This document shows, piece by piece, positions 51,873-61,734 of a stretch of DNA of 64,000 nucleotides. Origin of the DNA: Clostridia bacterium. GTDB taxonomy: Bacteria > Bacillota > Clostridia > TANB77 > CAG-465. The notes under the pieces were generated by a model that worked only from the letters and a program-made list of their open reading frames with translations, did not search any database and had not been told where the DNA came from. How positions within the stretch are numbered: position 1 is the first letter of the stretch; each line of letters starts with the position of its first letter. The stretch covers positions 29,864-93,863 of the forward strand of contig JAQSXK010000001.1 in NCBI GenBank assembly GCA_029256705.1. The letters run 5' to 3'. The translations under genes and the position numbers were made by a program.

Positions 51873-52355
51873 TTAATTATATTTAGATAAAATCTCTTTA
51901 ACTTTATCAGGTGACATTTTGCCATAAACTTCTGAATTAACTACAATTGCTGGAGCAAGTCCACAAGCACCAATACATCTAACAGATTCTAATGAAAATT
52001 TTCCATCTTCTGTTACTTGTCCAACATCTATTTTTAACTCATCTTTAAATTCTTTTAAAACATCTTCTGCACCTTTAACATAACAAGCAGTACCCATACA
52101 TACTTGAACATTATATTTGCCTTTTGGAACTAATGAAAATCTTGAATAAAATGTTATAATTCCATAAATATCTGACATAGGCACACTAAGTTCTTTTGAT
52201 AAATACTTTTGAACACTTTCTGATATATATCCATATTCATCCTGAACTTCATGAAGAGCAGACATTATACCTCCATCTACATCCTTAAATTTTTTAGCAA
52301 TTTTAACTACTTTATCATCTACAGTACAACCAGTACAACCATCACAATGACTCAT
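51873..52355 (-). CDS. hydC: 2Fe-2S hydrogenase subunit (NuoE-like)
   Basis: TFYSRF, VCMGTACYVKG, CIGACGLAP. Confidence 0.92.
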   Translation of the reverse strand: MSHCDGCTGCTVDDKVVKIAKKFKDVDGGIMSALHEVQDEYGYISESVQKYLSKELSVPMSDIYGIITFYSRFSLVPKGKYNVQVCMGTACYVKGAEDVLKEFKDELKIDVGQVTEDGKFSLESVRCIGACGLAPAIVVNSEVYGKMSPDKVKEILSKYN

Positions 52356-52383
52356 ATATTTTCCCCCTATATATGCTTTTAAA

Positions 52384-53328
52384 CTACATTTTATTATTAC
52401 ATCCTAAAACATTAACTATTTTATGTTCAACCATATCCATAACAGCGTTTCTAGCTTCACCTAAATAACTTCTAGGATCAAATACTTCTGGTGTTTTTTC
52501 AAAACATTGTCTAATATTTGCTGTCATAGCTAAACGGATATCACTATCTATATTTATTTTACAAACTCCATATTTTGCAGCTTCTCTAAGCATATCTTCT
52601 GGTACACCTTTAGCACCAGGAATATTGCCACCATATTTATTACACATATCCACAAATTCTTGTGGTACAGATGAAGCACCATGAAGTACAAGTGGGAACC
52701 CTGGTAATAGATTAGTTACTTTTTCTAGTATATCAAATCTAAGTTTTGGTTCACCTTTAAATTTAAATGCTCCATGACTTGTACCGATTGCTATAGCTAA
52801 ACTATCACATCCTGTTCTTTCAACAAATTCTTTTGCTTCCATTGGATCAGTAAACATAGCATCATCATTATTTACTTTAACATCATCTTCAATACCAGCT
52901 AATTTTCCAAGTTCTGCTTCAACCACAACACCTCTTGGATGTGCATAATCTACAACTTGTTTTGTTATTCTAATATTTTCTTCATAATCTAATTTACTTC
53001 CATCAAACATTACAGATGTAAAACCACTATCTATACAATCTTTACAAATTTCAAAACTATCTCCATGATCTAAATGTAATACTATATCTATATCTTTTCC
53101 TAAAGATTTAGTATATTCTATAGCAGCCTCAACTAATTTTCTTAAATAAATTGGATTTGCATATTTTCTTGCACCACTTGATACTTGCAATATAACAGGT
53201 GAATTTGTTTTTATTGCTGCATCTACTATTCCTTGAATAATTTCCATATTATTAACGTTAAATGCACCTATTGCATAACCACCATCATACGCCTTTTTAA
53301 ACATTTCTTTTGTTGTTACTAATCCCAT
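52384..53328 (-). CDS. fba: Fructose-1,6-bisphosphate aldolase class II
   Basis: YAIGAFNVNN, LHLDHG, SVMFDGS, GTSHGA, LVLHGAS, KINID. Confidence 0.97.
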   Translation of the reverse strand: MGLVTTKEMFKKAYDGGYAIGAFNVNNMEIIQGIVDAAIKTNSPVILQVSSGARKYANPIYLRKLVEAAIEYTKSLGKDIDIVLHLDHGDSFEICKDCIDSGFTSVMFDGSKLDYEENIRITKQVVDYAHPRGVVVEAELGKLAGIEDDVKVNNDDAMFTDPMEAKEFVERTGCDSLAIAIGTSHGAFKFKGEPKLRFDILEKVTNLLPGFPLVLHGASSVPQEFVDMCNKYGGNIPGAKGVPEDMLREAAKYGVCKINIDSDIRLAMTANIRQCFEKTPEVFDPRSYLGEARNAVMDMVEHKIVNVLGCNNKM

Positions 53329-53380
53329 ATTTTTGATTATATATCATACTATATAACCAATACACCTACCTTTCATATAT

Positions 53381-54829
53381 TTATCTTGATAATTCTTGTT
53401 CTTTTTCTATTATTTTTTCTGTTTTTTCAATTTCCTCTTTTGCTTCTCTAGCTAACACATTTTTACTTCTTTCTTCAGGTGTATTAACTGCTTTAGCACA
53501 TTCCTTTTGAACAGGAGATAATTCGATACTTTCACTTAAAATTTCAAATAAGTGCATATCTATTACATCTGTTTCATTAGCTTCATTAGTTACTTCTTCT
53601 CCACCGCCAGAAGAAACGTTACTTTTTAAAGTACTAGAAAAATCTGTTTTCTTATCTGCAGCTATATCTTCTACAGCATCATCACCAATTAATTTTTTAG
53701 CCTTATTAACTAATTTTGTAGCCTCTTTAGTATCCTTCTTTATTAATGCTGCTTCAGCTGCATCTACATATGAAGTAGCTACTTTAATATTTGTTTCGGC
53801 AAGTTCATTTTTTTCATCTTCTACAGCATTATCTAAAGACTTTTCTTTGCCAGCTACTTTTCTATCTAATCTTACTACATCAACATCCATTACTAATTTA
53901 TCTTTTCTTTTTTTATACATTGTTCCTACTACTTTAGTAGTAGTTTTCTCTTGCTCTTCTTTTTGCTCTTCTTGTCTATATAACTCTAAAATATTTGGTC
54001 TCATCATATGCATTTTTGCATTTAAAACTGCATATTCATTTTCAAGAATATCTAACTTTTCATCGTAATTTTGAATGTTTCCTTTTGCAGAGGCATTATT
54101 AAGCTGCATTATTTCATTTGCTTTATTTTCAATTTCCTCATTTAATGAATCAATTTCATTTATATTATCCTCATGCTCATTTAAAACTTTTCTTTCACTT
54201 TTTGCTTCGTCATAAGCATATTTATTTTCTTTTTTAGATATTTCTTCATCTTGATTTGATATATAACTACCTGTACTACTCTTAAATAATACATCACACT
54301 TTCTTAAATAATTTTCATATTTTAATAACTTTAAATAATTTCTATTATCTAAAGCTATGTCATTATCTCTTATTTGGTATTTATATAAACTTTCCCTTAA
54401 CTTATGATATTCATCTAGAGCAACTGAATACATATATTTTAATGTTTGTTCTCTTGTAGTAAGTTCAGTGCCAGAACTTAACTTTGTCTCTTTTTCATTT
54501 GGATCTAAACCTGTATCTTTATCTTTTTCCTCATCTATATCGCTAACTAATTTATTTAAATCTCCTCCAGACTTAACTTGCTTAGCCATATTAATATCTT
54601 TTTTAACCTCATCAACTTTTTTGACTCTAGGCTGTAAATCTTTTTTTAATTTATCTTCAAAAAAAGGTTTTACACTTTTCTTTAATGTTTCATGAAATTC
54701 ACTAATTGCTGCTTTATCCGGTTTATCTAAGATAGCCTGTAAAATTTTTTCTTGGTTTGTTTTAGCGTTTAATCTTACATTTAAAACCTCATGTAAAGTT
54801 TCTTGAAAATCTCTTGTATTATTTAACAT
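53381..54829 (-). CDS. Hypothetical acidic coiled-coil protein
   Basis: 482-aa ORF, E/K-rich heptad character, codon usage like neighbouring genes; no family recognised. Confidence 0.7.
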   Translation of the reverse strand: MLNNTRDFQETLHEVLNVRLNAKTNQEKILQAILDKPDKAAISEFHETLKKSVKPFFEDKLKKDLQPRVKKVDEVKKDINMAKQVKSGGDLNKLVSDIDEEKDKDTGLDPNEKETKLSSGTELTTREQTLKYMYSVALDEYHKLRESLYKYQIRDNDIALDNRNYLKLLKYENYLRKCDVLFKSSTGSYISNQDEEISKKENKYAYDEAKSERKVLNEHEDNINEIDSLNEEIENKANEIMQLNNASAKGNIQNYDEKLDILENEYAVLNAKMHMMRPNILELYRQEEQKEEQEKTTTKVVGTMYKKRKDKLVMDVDVVRLDRKVAGKEKSLDNAVEDEKNELAETNIKVATSYVDAAEAALIKKDTKEATKLVNKAKKLIGDDAVEDIAADKKTDFSSTLKSNVSSGGGEEVTNEANETDVIDMHLFEILSESIELSPVQKECAKAVNTPEERSKNVLAREAKEEIEKTEKIIEKEQELSR

Positions 54830-55304
54830 ATACTTACTAGTTAATGCTTTATAACTAGCAACTCACCTGCCTTTTCTATTAGAATCTTATACAATTATAT
54901 ATGTATATTTTACTCTACAATTTTATCACATAATTTATGTTTATTCAATAGGACCGATGGTTTTTACCCAATTTTACTACATATATAGCAGGGTTTTAAC
55001 TTTTTGATATTATGCAGTATGTTAACTAATATAATTTCCATTTTATATGATATTTACTTGAAAATAAATTACCATATTATTATTATATCTATTTATATTT
55101 TCTATTCTTTAAATATTAAAAGTATTCTACCTTTTTTGCACTACACCAAAATATAGAAAAATTATATCACATTAAATTTTTTTTTACAACAATAGATAAA
55201 GAATTACATTCAAATATGTTATTTTTTTACAAATGTATAATTACAAGATATATTAAATATTACATGCAGTTATATATTAAGTTATGTTTTCATATATTGT
55301 ATAA

Positions 55305-57095
55305 ATGAAAGGACGGATAATAAAAATGAATAGATATTTAGGAATAGTAAATTATTTAAGTGATATCTCTCAAAGCGATTACATCGAAAAAGCTTACGAT
55401 AATTTAAAAAATAAATTTAATATAAATCAAAAATTAGATTTATTTAAAACAAGTCATATCAATCTTTCAAATGGATTCTTAAATAAAAGTTTTGGAACCG
55501 ACAAATATGTTATAATGTATAATGGTCATATATATAATATAAAAGAAATAAAAAAAGACTTAACTGCAAAAGGATATAGATTTAGCACTAAAACAAATCT
55601 AAAGAAAGAAAAAATTGTTCCCATTCAAAATATAGATAAATATTTAGAAGCAGAAATTTTACTTACTAGTTATCATGAATATAAAGAAAAATTCTTAGAA
55701 CATTTAAATGGTGCATTTTCAATATGTATTTACGATAAAACAAATAATATTGTATTTTTATCTAGGGATAGACTTGGGATTAAACCGTTATACTATACTA
55801 ACAATAAAGAAAACAAATCTTTTATATTTTCTACTAATATAAAGGACATACTAAATGTTCCTACCATGAAAGCTACATTAGATAAACAAGGAATATTAGA
55901 ATTAATTGGTATGGGACCATTTCACACTCCTGGACTTACCTATTTCAAAGATATTTATGAAATATTACCCGGACATTATGCAATATACTCAAATATTGGT
56001 CTTACAACACATAAGTATTGGGAATTAAATAAGAAAAAATGCTTACAAAATGAATCAGATTGTATAAAGACCCTACAGTCATTACTTAAAGATTCAATTA
56101 AAACTAAAATAATAGATATTGAAAAAATAGGTATTCTCTCTCCAAAAAGCATAAATTCAGGTATAGCCATATCATATATACATAACACTACCCCTAATAT
56201 ACATACATTTTCATATAACAATTATATTAGTGATTCTAAGGAAAAAATTAAAGATTCTAATTATATAAAATTTATAAAGAGAACTTTTGGTGTGTGCAAC
56301 TACAATATTATTTCAGATACAAAAGTACTTCATTCATTACTTATTCCATCTATGATGGCGAGAGATATGCCAGGAATGGCCTATGATGATTCTACTATGT
56401 TAGAATTTTATTCAGCAATAAAAAATAATGGACTAGATAAATGCATGTCTAATTTATATTGTAATGAAATGAATAATACAAATCCAATATTTTTTTCACA
56501 AGATATAAGAAATCAAATAATTAATAAGAAAATCTTAAATAATAATTTATTAGAAGAATATATTAGTTTAAAATATGATGAATTTGTTAAAGATGTAATA
56601 TATTTAACCAATGACGATGAAAAAAACAAAAAACAAAAATATTTGAATATAAAATGGCATCTGTATTCACAAATAGAAAGAATAAATTATATTTCTTCAA
56701 ATATAGATTTAGAAGTATTTCTACCGTTTATAGATTATAGAATAATAGAATATATATATAATTTACCAGATAACATAGATGAAAATTATATATTTGAAAA
56801 AATATATGATAAATATTTTCCTAATGTAAAAATTAGTACAAATAATTCACAGATTAATCACGATAAAATATATATAAATACATTGGAACATGAATTAAAA
56901 AAAATATTAAATGATAGTGAATCAAAACTTTTAAAGATAGTTGATAAAAATTACATATTAAAAATTATAAATTCAAAAGAAACAGATTTAAATATAAAAA
57001 CAATGAATAATAATTTATCGTATATTCAAATTTTAACATACTTAATACAAATTGAATACTGGATTAATATTTATGATATAGAAATTGAGTTATAA
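55305..57095 (+). CDS. Degenerate asparagine synthetase (AsnB/AsnO-like); start probably ATG at 55326
   Basis: YNG.IYN, LNGAFS, RDRLGIKPLYY, PGH, ARDMPGMA..DS, PFIDYRIIEY; N-terminal Cys and SGGLDS missing. Confidence 0.8.
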   Translation: MKGRIIKMNRYLGIVNYLSDISQSDYIEKAYDNLKNKFNINQKLDLFKTSHINLSNGFLNKSFGTDKYVIMYNGHIYNIKEIKKDLTAKGYRFSTKTNLKKEKIVPIQNIDKYLEAEILLTSYHEYKEKFLEHLNGAFSICIYDKTNNIVFLSRDRLGIKPLYYTNNKENKSFIFSTNIKDILNVPTMKATLDKQGILELIGMGPFHTPGLTYFKDIYEILPGHYAIYSNIGLTTHKYWELNKKKCLQNESDCIKTLQSLLKDSIKTKIIDIEKIGILSPKSINSGIAISYIHNTTPNIHTFSYNNYISDSKEKIKDSNYIKFIKRTFGVCNYNIISDTKVLHSLLIPSMMARDMPGMAYDDSTMLEFYSAIKNNGLDKCMSNLYCNEMNNTNPIFFSQDIRNQIINKKILNNNLLEEYISLKYDEFVKDVIYLTNDDEKNKKQKYLNIKWHLYSQIERINYISSNIDLEVFLPFIDYRIIEYIYNLPDNIDENYIFEKIYDKYFPNVKISTNNSQINHDKIYINTLEHELKKILNDSESKLLKIVDKNYILKIINSKETDLNIKTMNNNLSYIQILTYLIQIEYWINIYDIEIEL

Positions 57096-57100
57096 AAACA

Positions 57101-57138
57101 AAAAAACATTAATACAAATACTTGTATTAATGTTTTTT
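57101..57138. terminator. Bidirectional terminator between the asnB-like gene and rplL
   Basis: AAAAAACATTAATACAA...TTGTATTAATGTTTTTT. Confidence 0.8.
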
Positions 57139-57179
57139 ACAATATTTAAATAATACAAATAATCTTAAATTATTTATAA

Positions 57180-57548
57180 TTATTTCATTTCAGCCATTGC
57201 ACCTGCTGCTTTTAATGCTTCAACTAATTTTTCAGCATCTTCTGTAGGCATAGCTTCTTTAACTGTGCTTGGTGCAGCATCTACTAAATCTTTAGCTTCT
57301 TTTAAACCTAATCCAGTTGCTTCTCTAACAACTTTGATTACAGCTATTTTAGTTGCTCCTGCATCTTTTAATACTATATCGAATTCTGATTTTGCTTCAG
57401 CTGCTGCTGCTCCACCAGCTACTGGTCCAGCTACAACTGCTGCTGCTGCTGATACCCCAAATTTTTCTTCTATTGCCTTAACTAAATCGCTAAGTTCAAT
57501 TACTGTTAATTTTTCTACTTCTGCTACTATTTTTTCTATTTTTTCCAT
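57180..57548 (-). CDS. rplL: 50S ribosomal protein L7/L12
   Basis: [32 protein letters not shown]. Confidence 0.98.
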   Translation of the reverse strand: MEKIEKIVAEVEKLTVIELSDLVKAIEEKFGVSAAAAVVAGPVAGGAAAAEAKSEFDIVLKDAGATKIAVIKVVREATGLGLKEAKDLVDAAPSTVKEAMPTEDAEKLVEALKAAGAMAEMK

Positions 57549-57587
57549 TTTAAATTTCTCCCTTCAAATTCTTTAAAATTTTAATAA

Positions 57588-58091
57588 CTACGCGTTTGCT
57601 TCTTGTTTTTCTCTAGTTTGATCAAGTACAACTGCAAGATTACGGATATTTCCGATTAATGCAGATGCAACCATAGCGTACAATGTTTCTTTTGATGGTA
57701 AATTAGCTAATTTTTTAACTTCTTCAGAAGTTATTACTTTACCATCCATGATTCCAGCTTTAAATTTGTAGAAATCATGAGTTTTAGCATATTCATTTAA
57801 TGCTTTTGCTGGTGATACATAATCATCATAACCGATGATTACAGCTGTTGGTCCTTCTAATACTGTGTCTAATCCTTTAATTCCAACATCGTTTGCTGCA
57901 TGGTTTATAACTGAATTTTTTACTACCATACATTCGTTGTTTTCACTTCTTAATGTATTACGAAGTTTTGTGTCATCTGAAACACTTATTCCTCTATATT
58001 CAGTAAATATAACCATTTTAGCTTTTTTTAGCTTTTCAGCAAGTGAAGCTGCTTGATCCATTTTTTGTTTTAATATTTTTTCACTTGGCAT
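57588..58091 (-). CDS. rplJ: 50S ribosomal protein L10
   Basis: EYRG.SV, LR..LR, VVKN, L.GPTA, LA.LPSKE. Confidence 0.96.
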   Translation of the reverse strand: MPSEKILKQKMDQAASLAEKLKKAKMVIFTEYRGISVSDDTKLRNTLRSENNECMVVKNSVINHAANDVGIKGLDTVLEGPTAVIIGYDDYVSPAKALNEYAKTHDFYKFKAGIMDGKVITSEEVKKLANLPSKETLYAMVASALIGNIRNLAVVLDQTREKQEANA

Positions 58092-58099
58092 TCTTTTCG

Positions 58100-58216
58100 C
58101 CTCCTTTAAAATTAAAATTCTGCAAAGCGAGATGTTTGCAGAATTTAAAAATTTATTTTAAATCTAAACACCTCGGTAGGATTTATGAACTAAAAATTCA
58201 CCTACTGTCTTTGGTT
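58100..58216 (-). promoter_or_regulatory. L10 leader (ribosomal protein autoregulatory RNA)
   Basis: AAAGACAGTAGG...CCTACCGAGG core motif upstream of rplJ, followed by a TTCTGCAAA/TTTGCAGAA hairpin. Confidence 0.8.
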
Positions 58217-58233
58217 TATTATTTTTATTATAT

Positions 58234-58917
58234 TTATTTAGATGATGGACTAACTTTTATTCCAGCACCCATTGTTGTTGCAACAGCAATAGATTGTAAA
58301 TATGTACCTTTTGCTGCAGCTGGTTTAGCTTTAACTATAGCTTCTAATAAAGTTAAGTAGTTTTCTTTTATTTTTTCTGTTCCAAAAGATACTTTACCTA
58401 TTGGACAATGAACTATATTACCTTTATCTAGTCTATATTCAATTTTACCAGCTTTTGTTTCTGCAACTGCTTTAGCTACATCTAAAGTAACTGTTCCAGA
58501 TTTTGGATTTGGCATAAGACCTTTAGGTCCTAATATTTTAGCTACTTTACCAAGTGTAGGCATCATGTCAGGTGTCGCTATTATAACATCAAATCCAAAC
58601 CAGTTTTCTGATTGAATTTTTTGTATCATATCATCATCACCTACAAAATCAGCTCCTGCTGCTTTTGCTTGTTCAGCTCTTTCACCTTTTGCTAAAACTA
58701 AAACTTTTTTAGTTCTACCAGTTCCATTTGGAAGTACTACTACTCCTCTTACTTGTTGATCAGCTTGTTTAGAATCAACACCTAATTTGATATGCATTTC
58801 TACAGTTTCATCAAATTTTACTTTAGGCATTTTTTGTAATAATTCTAAAGCTTCAGTTAAATCATATAATTTACCTGTTTCTACAAGTTTAGCTGCTTCT
58901 TTCATTCTCTTACTCAT
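58234..58917 (-). CDS. rplA: 50S ribosomal protein L1
   Basis: [35 protein letters not shown]. Confidence 0.98.
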   Translation of the reverse strand: MSKRMKEAAKLVETGKLYDLTEALELLQKMPKVKFDETVEMHIKLGVDSKQADQQVRGVVVLPNGTGRTKKVLVLAKGERAEQAKAAGADFVGDDDMIQKIQSENWFGFDVIIATPDMMPTLGKVAKILGPKGLMPNPKSGTVTLDVAKAVAETKAGKIEYRLDKGNIVHCPIGKVSFGTEKIKENYLTLLEAIVKAKPAAAKGTYLQSIAVATTMGAGIKVSPSSK

Positions 58918-58921
58918 TATT

Positions 58922-58968
58922 TTTTCCCTCCTTTGGTTTTAGCGAATAATTTAAAATTATTCTCCCAT
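58922..58968 (-). promoter_or_regulatory. Probable L1-binding autoregulatory site before rplA
   Basis: TGGGAGAATAAT...ATTATTCGCTAAAACCA-AAGGAGG, the Firmicute rplK-rplA intergenic pattern. Confidence 0.6.
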
Positions 58969-58970
58969 TT

Positions 58971-59399
58971 TTAGTCTTTTACAACGATCCCCATTGATCT
59001 AGCTGTACCTTTTATAAGAGATACTGCTGATTCTAAAGATGAAGCGTTCAAATCTTTCATTTTCATATTAGCTATTTCTTCTACTTGTTTTGTTGTTACA
59101 TTTCCAACTTTGTCTTTTTGAGGTTTACCTGAACCCTTTTCAACCTTAGCTGCTTTTTTCAATAATACAGCTGCAGGTGGAGTTTTAAGCACATATTCAA
59201 AAGATTTATCACTATAAACTGTAAGTATTACTGGGAATATCATTCCAGCGTCTTTTGCAGTCTTTTCGTTGAAATCTTTACAAAATTGCATTATGTTTAT
59301 ACCTGTAGGTCCAAGTGCTGGTCCAACTGGTGGTGCAGGATTTGCTTTACCTGCTGCTATTTGTAATTTAACAACATGAGTTATTTTTTTCTCTGCCAT
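58971..59399 (-). CDS. rplK: 50S ribosomal protein L11
   Basis: [36 protein letters not shown]. Confidence 0.98.
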   Translation of the reverse strand: MAEKKITHVVKLQIAAGKANPAPPVGPALGPTGINIMQFCKDFNEKTAKDAGMIFPVILTVYSDKSFEYVLKTPPAAVLLKKAAKVEKGSGKPQKDKVGNVTTKQVEEIANMKMKDLNASSLESAVSLIKGTARSMGIVVKD

Positions 59400-59437
59400 C
59401 TTAATTCACCCCCTTAAAATGCTTTGTATATTAATTA

Positions 59438-59998
59438 TTACATTTTTTGAACTTGGTCAAACTCTAAATCAACTGTAGTTTTTCTACCAAACATATCAAC
59501 AGTAACTACTACTCTTCTTTTCTCTTTTTGTATTTTTTCAATTACAGCTGGATAATTATAGAAAGGATCAGTTGTTATTCTTACGCTATCCCCAACTTCA
59601 TAATCTAAAGTTATGATATCATCTATTCCTAATGTTTTCATTTCTTCATCTGTAAGAGGCATAGGTTTTTCACCAACTCCAACAAAACTGAAAACACCTT
59701 TAATATGCTTTACTGCATACCAAGTTTCGTCACTCATATACATTTTTACAAGTATATATCCAGGAAATACTTTCTTTATAGATGTTTTTTGTTTTCCATC
59801 TTTAATTTCAATCTCTTCTTCCATAGGAATAACAACATCTTGAATTTTATCTTGTAAATTTCTGTTCTCAATAACTTTTTCTAAAGTTGCTTTAACTTTA
59901 TTTTCATAACCAGAATATGTATAAACTACATACCAACTTAATTCATTTGATGATAATTCATCTTTCATATTCTCGTTATTTATAACTTCATTATCCAA
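59438..59998 (-). CDS. nusG: Transcription antitermination factor NusG
   Basis: WYVV.TYSGYENKVK, FPGYILV, KOW domain, MFGR.T.V. Confidence 0.96.
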   Translation of the reverse strand: MDNEVINNENMKDELSSNELSWYVVYTYSGYENKVKATLEKVIENRNLQDKIQDVVIPMEEEIEIKDGKQKTSIKKVFPGYILVKMYMSDETWYAVKHIKGVFSFVGVGEKPMPLTDEEMKTLGIDDIITLDYEVGDSVRITTDPFYNYPAVIEKIQKEKRRVVVTVDMFGRKTTVDLEFDQVQKM

Positions 59999-60035
59999 AT
60001 TTAATCGCCCCTTTATAACAATTCTTTGCAGTATA

Positions 60036-60233
60036 CTAACCTATTTTATTTTTAATTAAATCCCAAAATTTTAAATCTAAGAATTCAACTACCATATCAA
60101 AAGTTAAAACTATAGCTGCTAAAGCAAGTACTAATAATATAACCATTACTGTGTTATTTATTAATTGTTTTTTTGTAGGCCATACAACTTTCTTTAGTTC
60201 TGCCTTTATACCTTTTAAAAAACTATTTGTCAT
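60036..60233 (-). CDS. secE: Preprotein translocase subunit SecE
   Basis: ELKKVVWPT plus TM helix, between rpmG and nusG. Confidence 0.94.
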   Translation of the reverse strand: MTNSFLKGIKAELKKVVWPTKKQLINNTVMVILLVLALAAIVLTFDMVVEFLDLKFWDLIKNKIG

Positions 60234-60253
60234 TTATAAAGCCACCCTTTCAA

Positions 60254-60403
60254 CTATTTTGTTTCTTTATGCATTGTATGTTTTTTACAGAATTTACAAA
60301 ACTTATTCATTTCTATCCTATCAGGATTAGTTTTTTTATTTTTTTCAGTTTCATAATTTCTTTGTTTACATTCTGTACATGCTAATGTTAAATTTTCTCT
60401 CAT
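60254..60403 (-). CDS. rpmG: 50S ribosomal protein L33 (Zn-binding type)
   Basis: Hand translation [49 protein letters not shown]; too short for the ORF track. Confidence 0.96.
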   Translation of the reverse strand: MRENLTLACTECKQRNYETEKNKKTNPDRIEMNKFCKFCKKHTMHKETK

Positions 60404-60551
60404 CTAAAAACACCCCCAAGACGCTACATATAAATATGTATATAATTTTTACTAATATATTCTAACACAAAAACATATAAATGTCAACAAAAAACATTAT
60501 TAATAATGTAATTTGTGCTAAATATATTCGTTTTCTAACTTTTTATTCCTC

Positions 60552-61463
60552 TTATAATAGTCCATTACGAATATTATGAAATAAATGTTGTTGTATAATT
60601 CCAGCATAGCTTCCAAAATAATCTTCTGCATACTCGAATATTTCTTTTATTGTTGATTCTTTATTCAAATATAATTTTTCCATAACTCTTTTTACCCAAA
60701 CATCAATTGGAAAAACATCTTGTCTACCATAAGAAAATAGCATAACACAATCAGCAACTTTTGGACCAACTCCAACAAATGACATAAGTACTTTTCTAAG
60801 TTGAGCATTTGTTAACTTTGATGTACACTGTACATAAATATTATTTTCCATTAAATCAGCAACAGTCTTTACTATATATTTATCTCTAAAGCCTACACCG
60901 CAAGATTTAAATTCTTCTACTGTAACTTCAGATAACTCTTGAAGAGTAGGAAATAAATAATATTCTTTATCTTCAAACATCACCATTTTTCCATATCTTC
61001 TAGATATTTCTTCTATAGATTTCTTTATTCTAGGTATATTGTTATTAGAAGATATTATGTATGAAATTAATGTTTCAAAAGTAGATTGATTAAGTATATG
61101 GATACCAGTTGTATTTCTTACAGCAATAGCTATATTTTTATCTAAAGTAACAATTTCTTTTTCAATTCTATCATAATTATTATATAAATCGAAATAATAT
61201 TCGATTGTTTCTTTTAATTTTTCTTTTTTATCAGAATATACATATATGTAATCATTTTTTTGTTTTATTCTAATTACTCTATCTGAGATAACACCAATAA
61301 ATTCAGAAATATATCTATTATTTTCTGAACTATCATCTATTCTTTTCCACCTAAAACATTGGCCACATTCTAATGTATCAAGTAAATTAAAACATTTAGT
61401 TTTTAAGATTAGATCTGGATCAACTGTTATTTCATCCTCTAGTTTTTCTTTTTCAATAACCAT
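60552..61463 (-). CDS. ogg: 8-oxoguanine DNA glycosylase (HhH-GPD); true start ATG at 61463
   Basis: TLECGQCFRW, SSNNNIPRI, GVGPKVADC, FPIDVW; AGGTGA SD before 61463. Confidence 0.92.
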   Translation of the reverse strand: MVIEKEKLEDEITVDPDLILKTKCFNLLDTLECGQCFRWKRIDDSSENNRYISEFIGVISDRVIRIKQKNDYIYVYSDKKEKLKETIEYYFDLYNNYDRIEKEIVTLDKNIAIAVRNTTGIHILNQSTFETLISYIISSNNNIPRIKKSIEEISRRYGKMVMFEDKEYYLFPTLQELSEVTVEEFKSCGVGFRDKYIVKTVADLMENNIYVQCTSKLTNAQLRKVLMSFVGVGPKVADCVMLFSYGRQDVFPIDVWVKRVMEKLYLNKESTIKEIFEYAEDYFGSYAGIIQQHLFHNIRNGLL

Positions 61464-61476
61464 ACAATCACCTAAA

Positions 61477-61502
61477 TAAAAAAAACCGATAGACTCGGTT
61501 CT
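61477..61502 (-). terminator. Intrinsic terminator after tRNA-Gly
   Basis: AACCGA-GTCTA-TCGGTT followed by a T run on the minus strand. Confidence 0.75.
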
Positions 61503-61505
61503 AAT

Positions 61506-61579
<74 letters not shown>

Positions 61580-61597
61580 ATTTCTTAATGCATATAT

Positions 61598-61626
61598 ATT
61601 ATACTAATTTTATTTTTATTTGTCAA
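61598..61626 (-). promoter_or_regulatory. Consensus sigma-A promoter of tRNA-Gly
   Basis: TTGACA-17-TATAAT, ending 18 nt upstream of the tRNA. Confidence 0.85.
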
Positions 61627-61700
61627 TAGTTTAGACAAAAAAGTTTTAAATTTTACATTTTTTTTATTTTTAATTTAATTTTAAAAAATATTATAATGGC

Positions 61701-61728
61701 TAGGATATGAGTTTTATCTCATATCCTA
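61701..61728 (-). terminator. Hairpin after folD
   Basis: TAGGATATGAG-6 nt-CTCATATCCTA. Confidence 0.6.
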
Positions 61729-61734
61729 CATATT

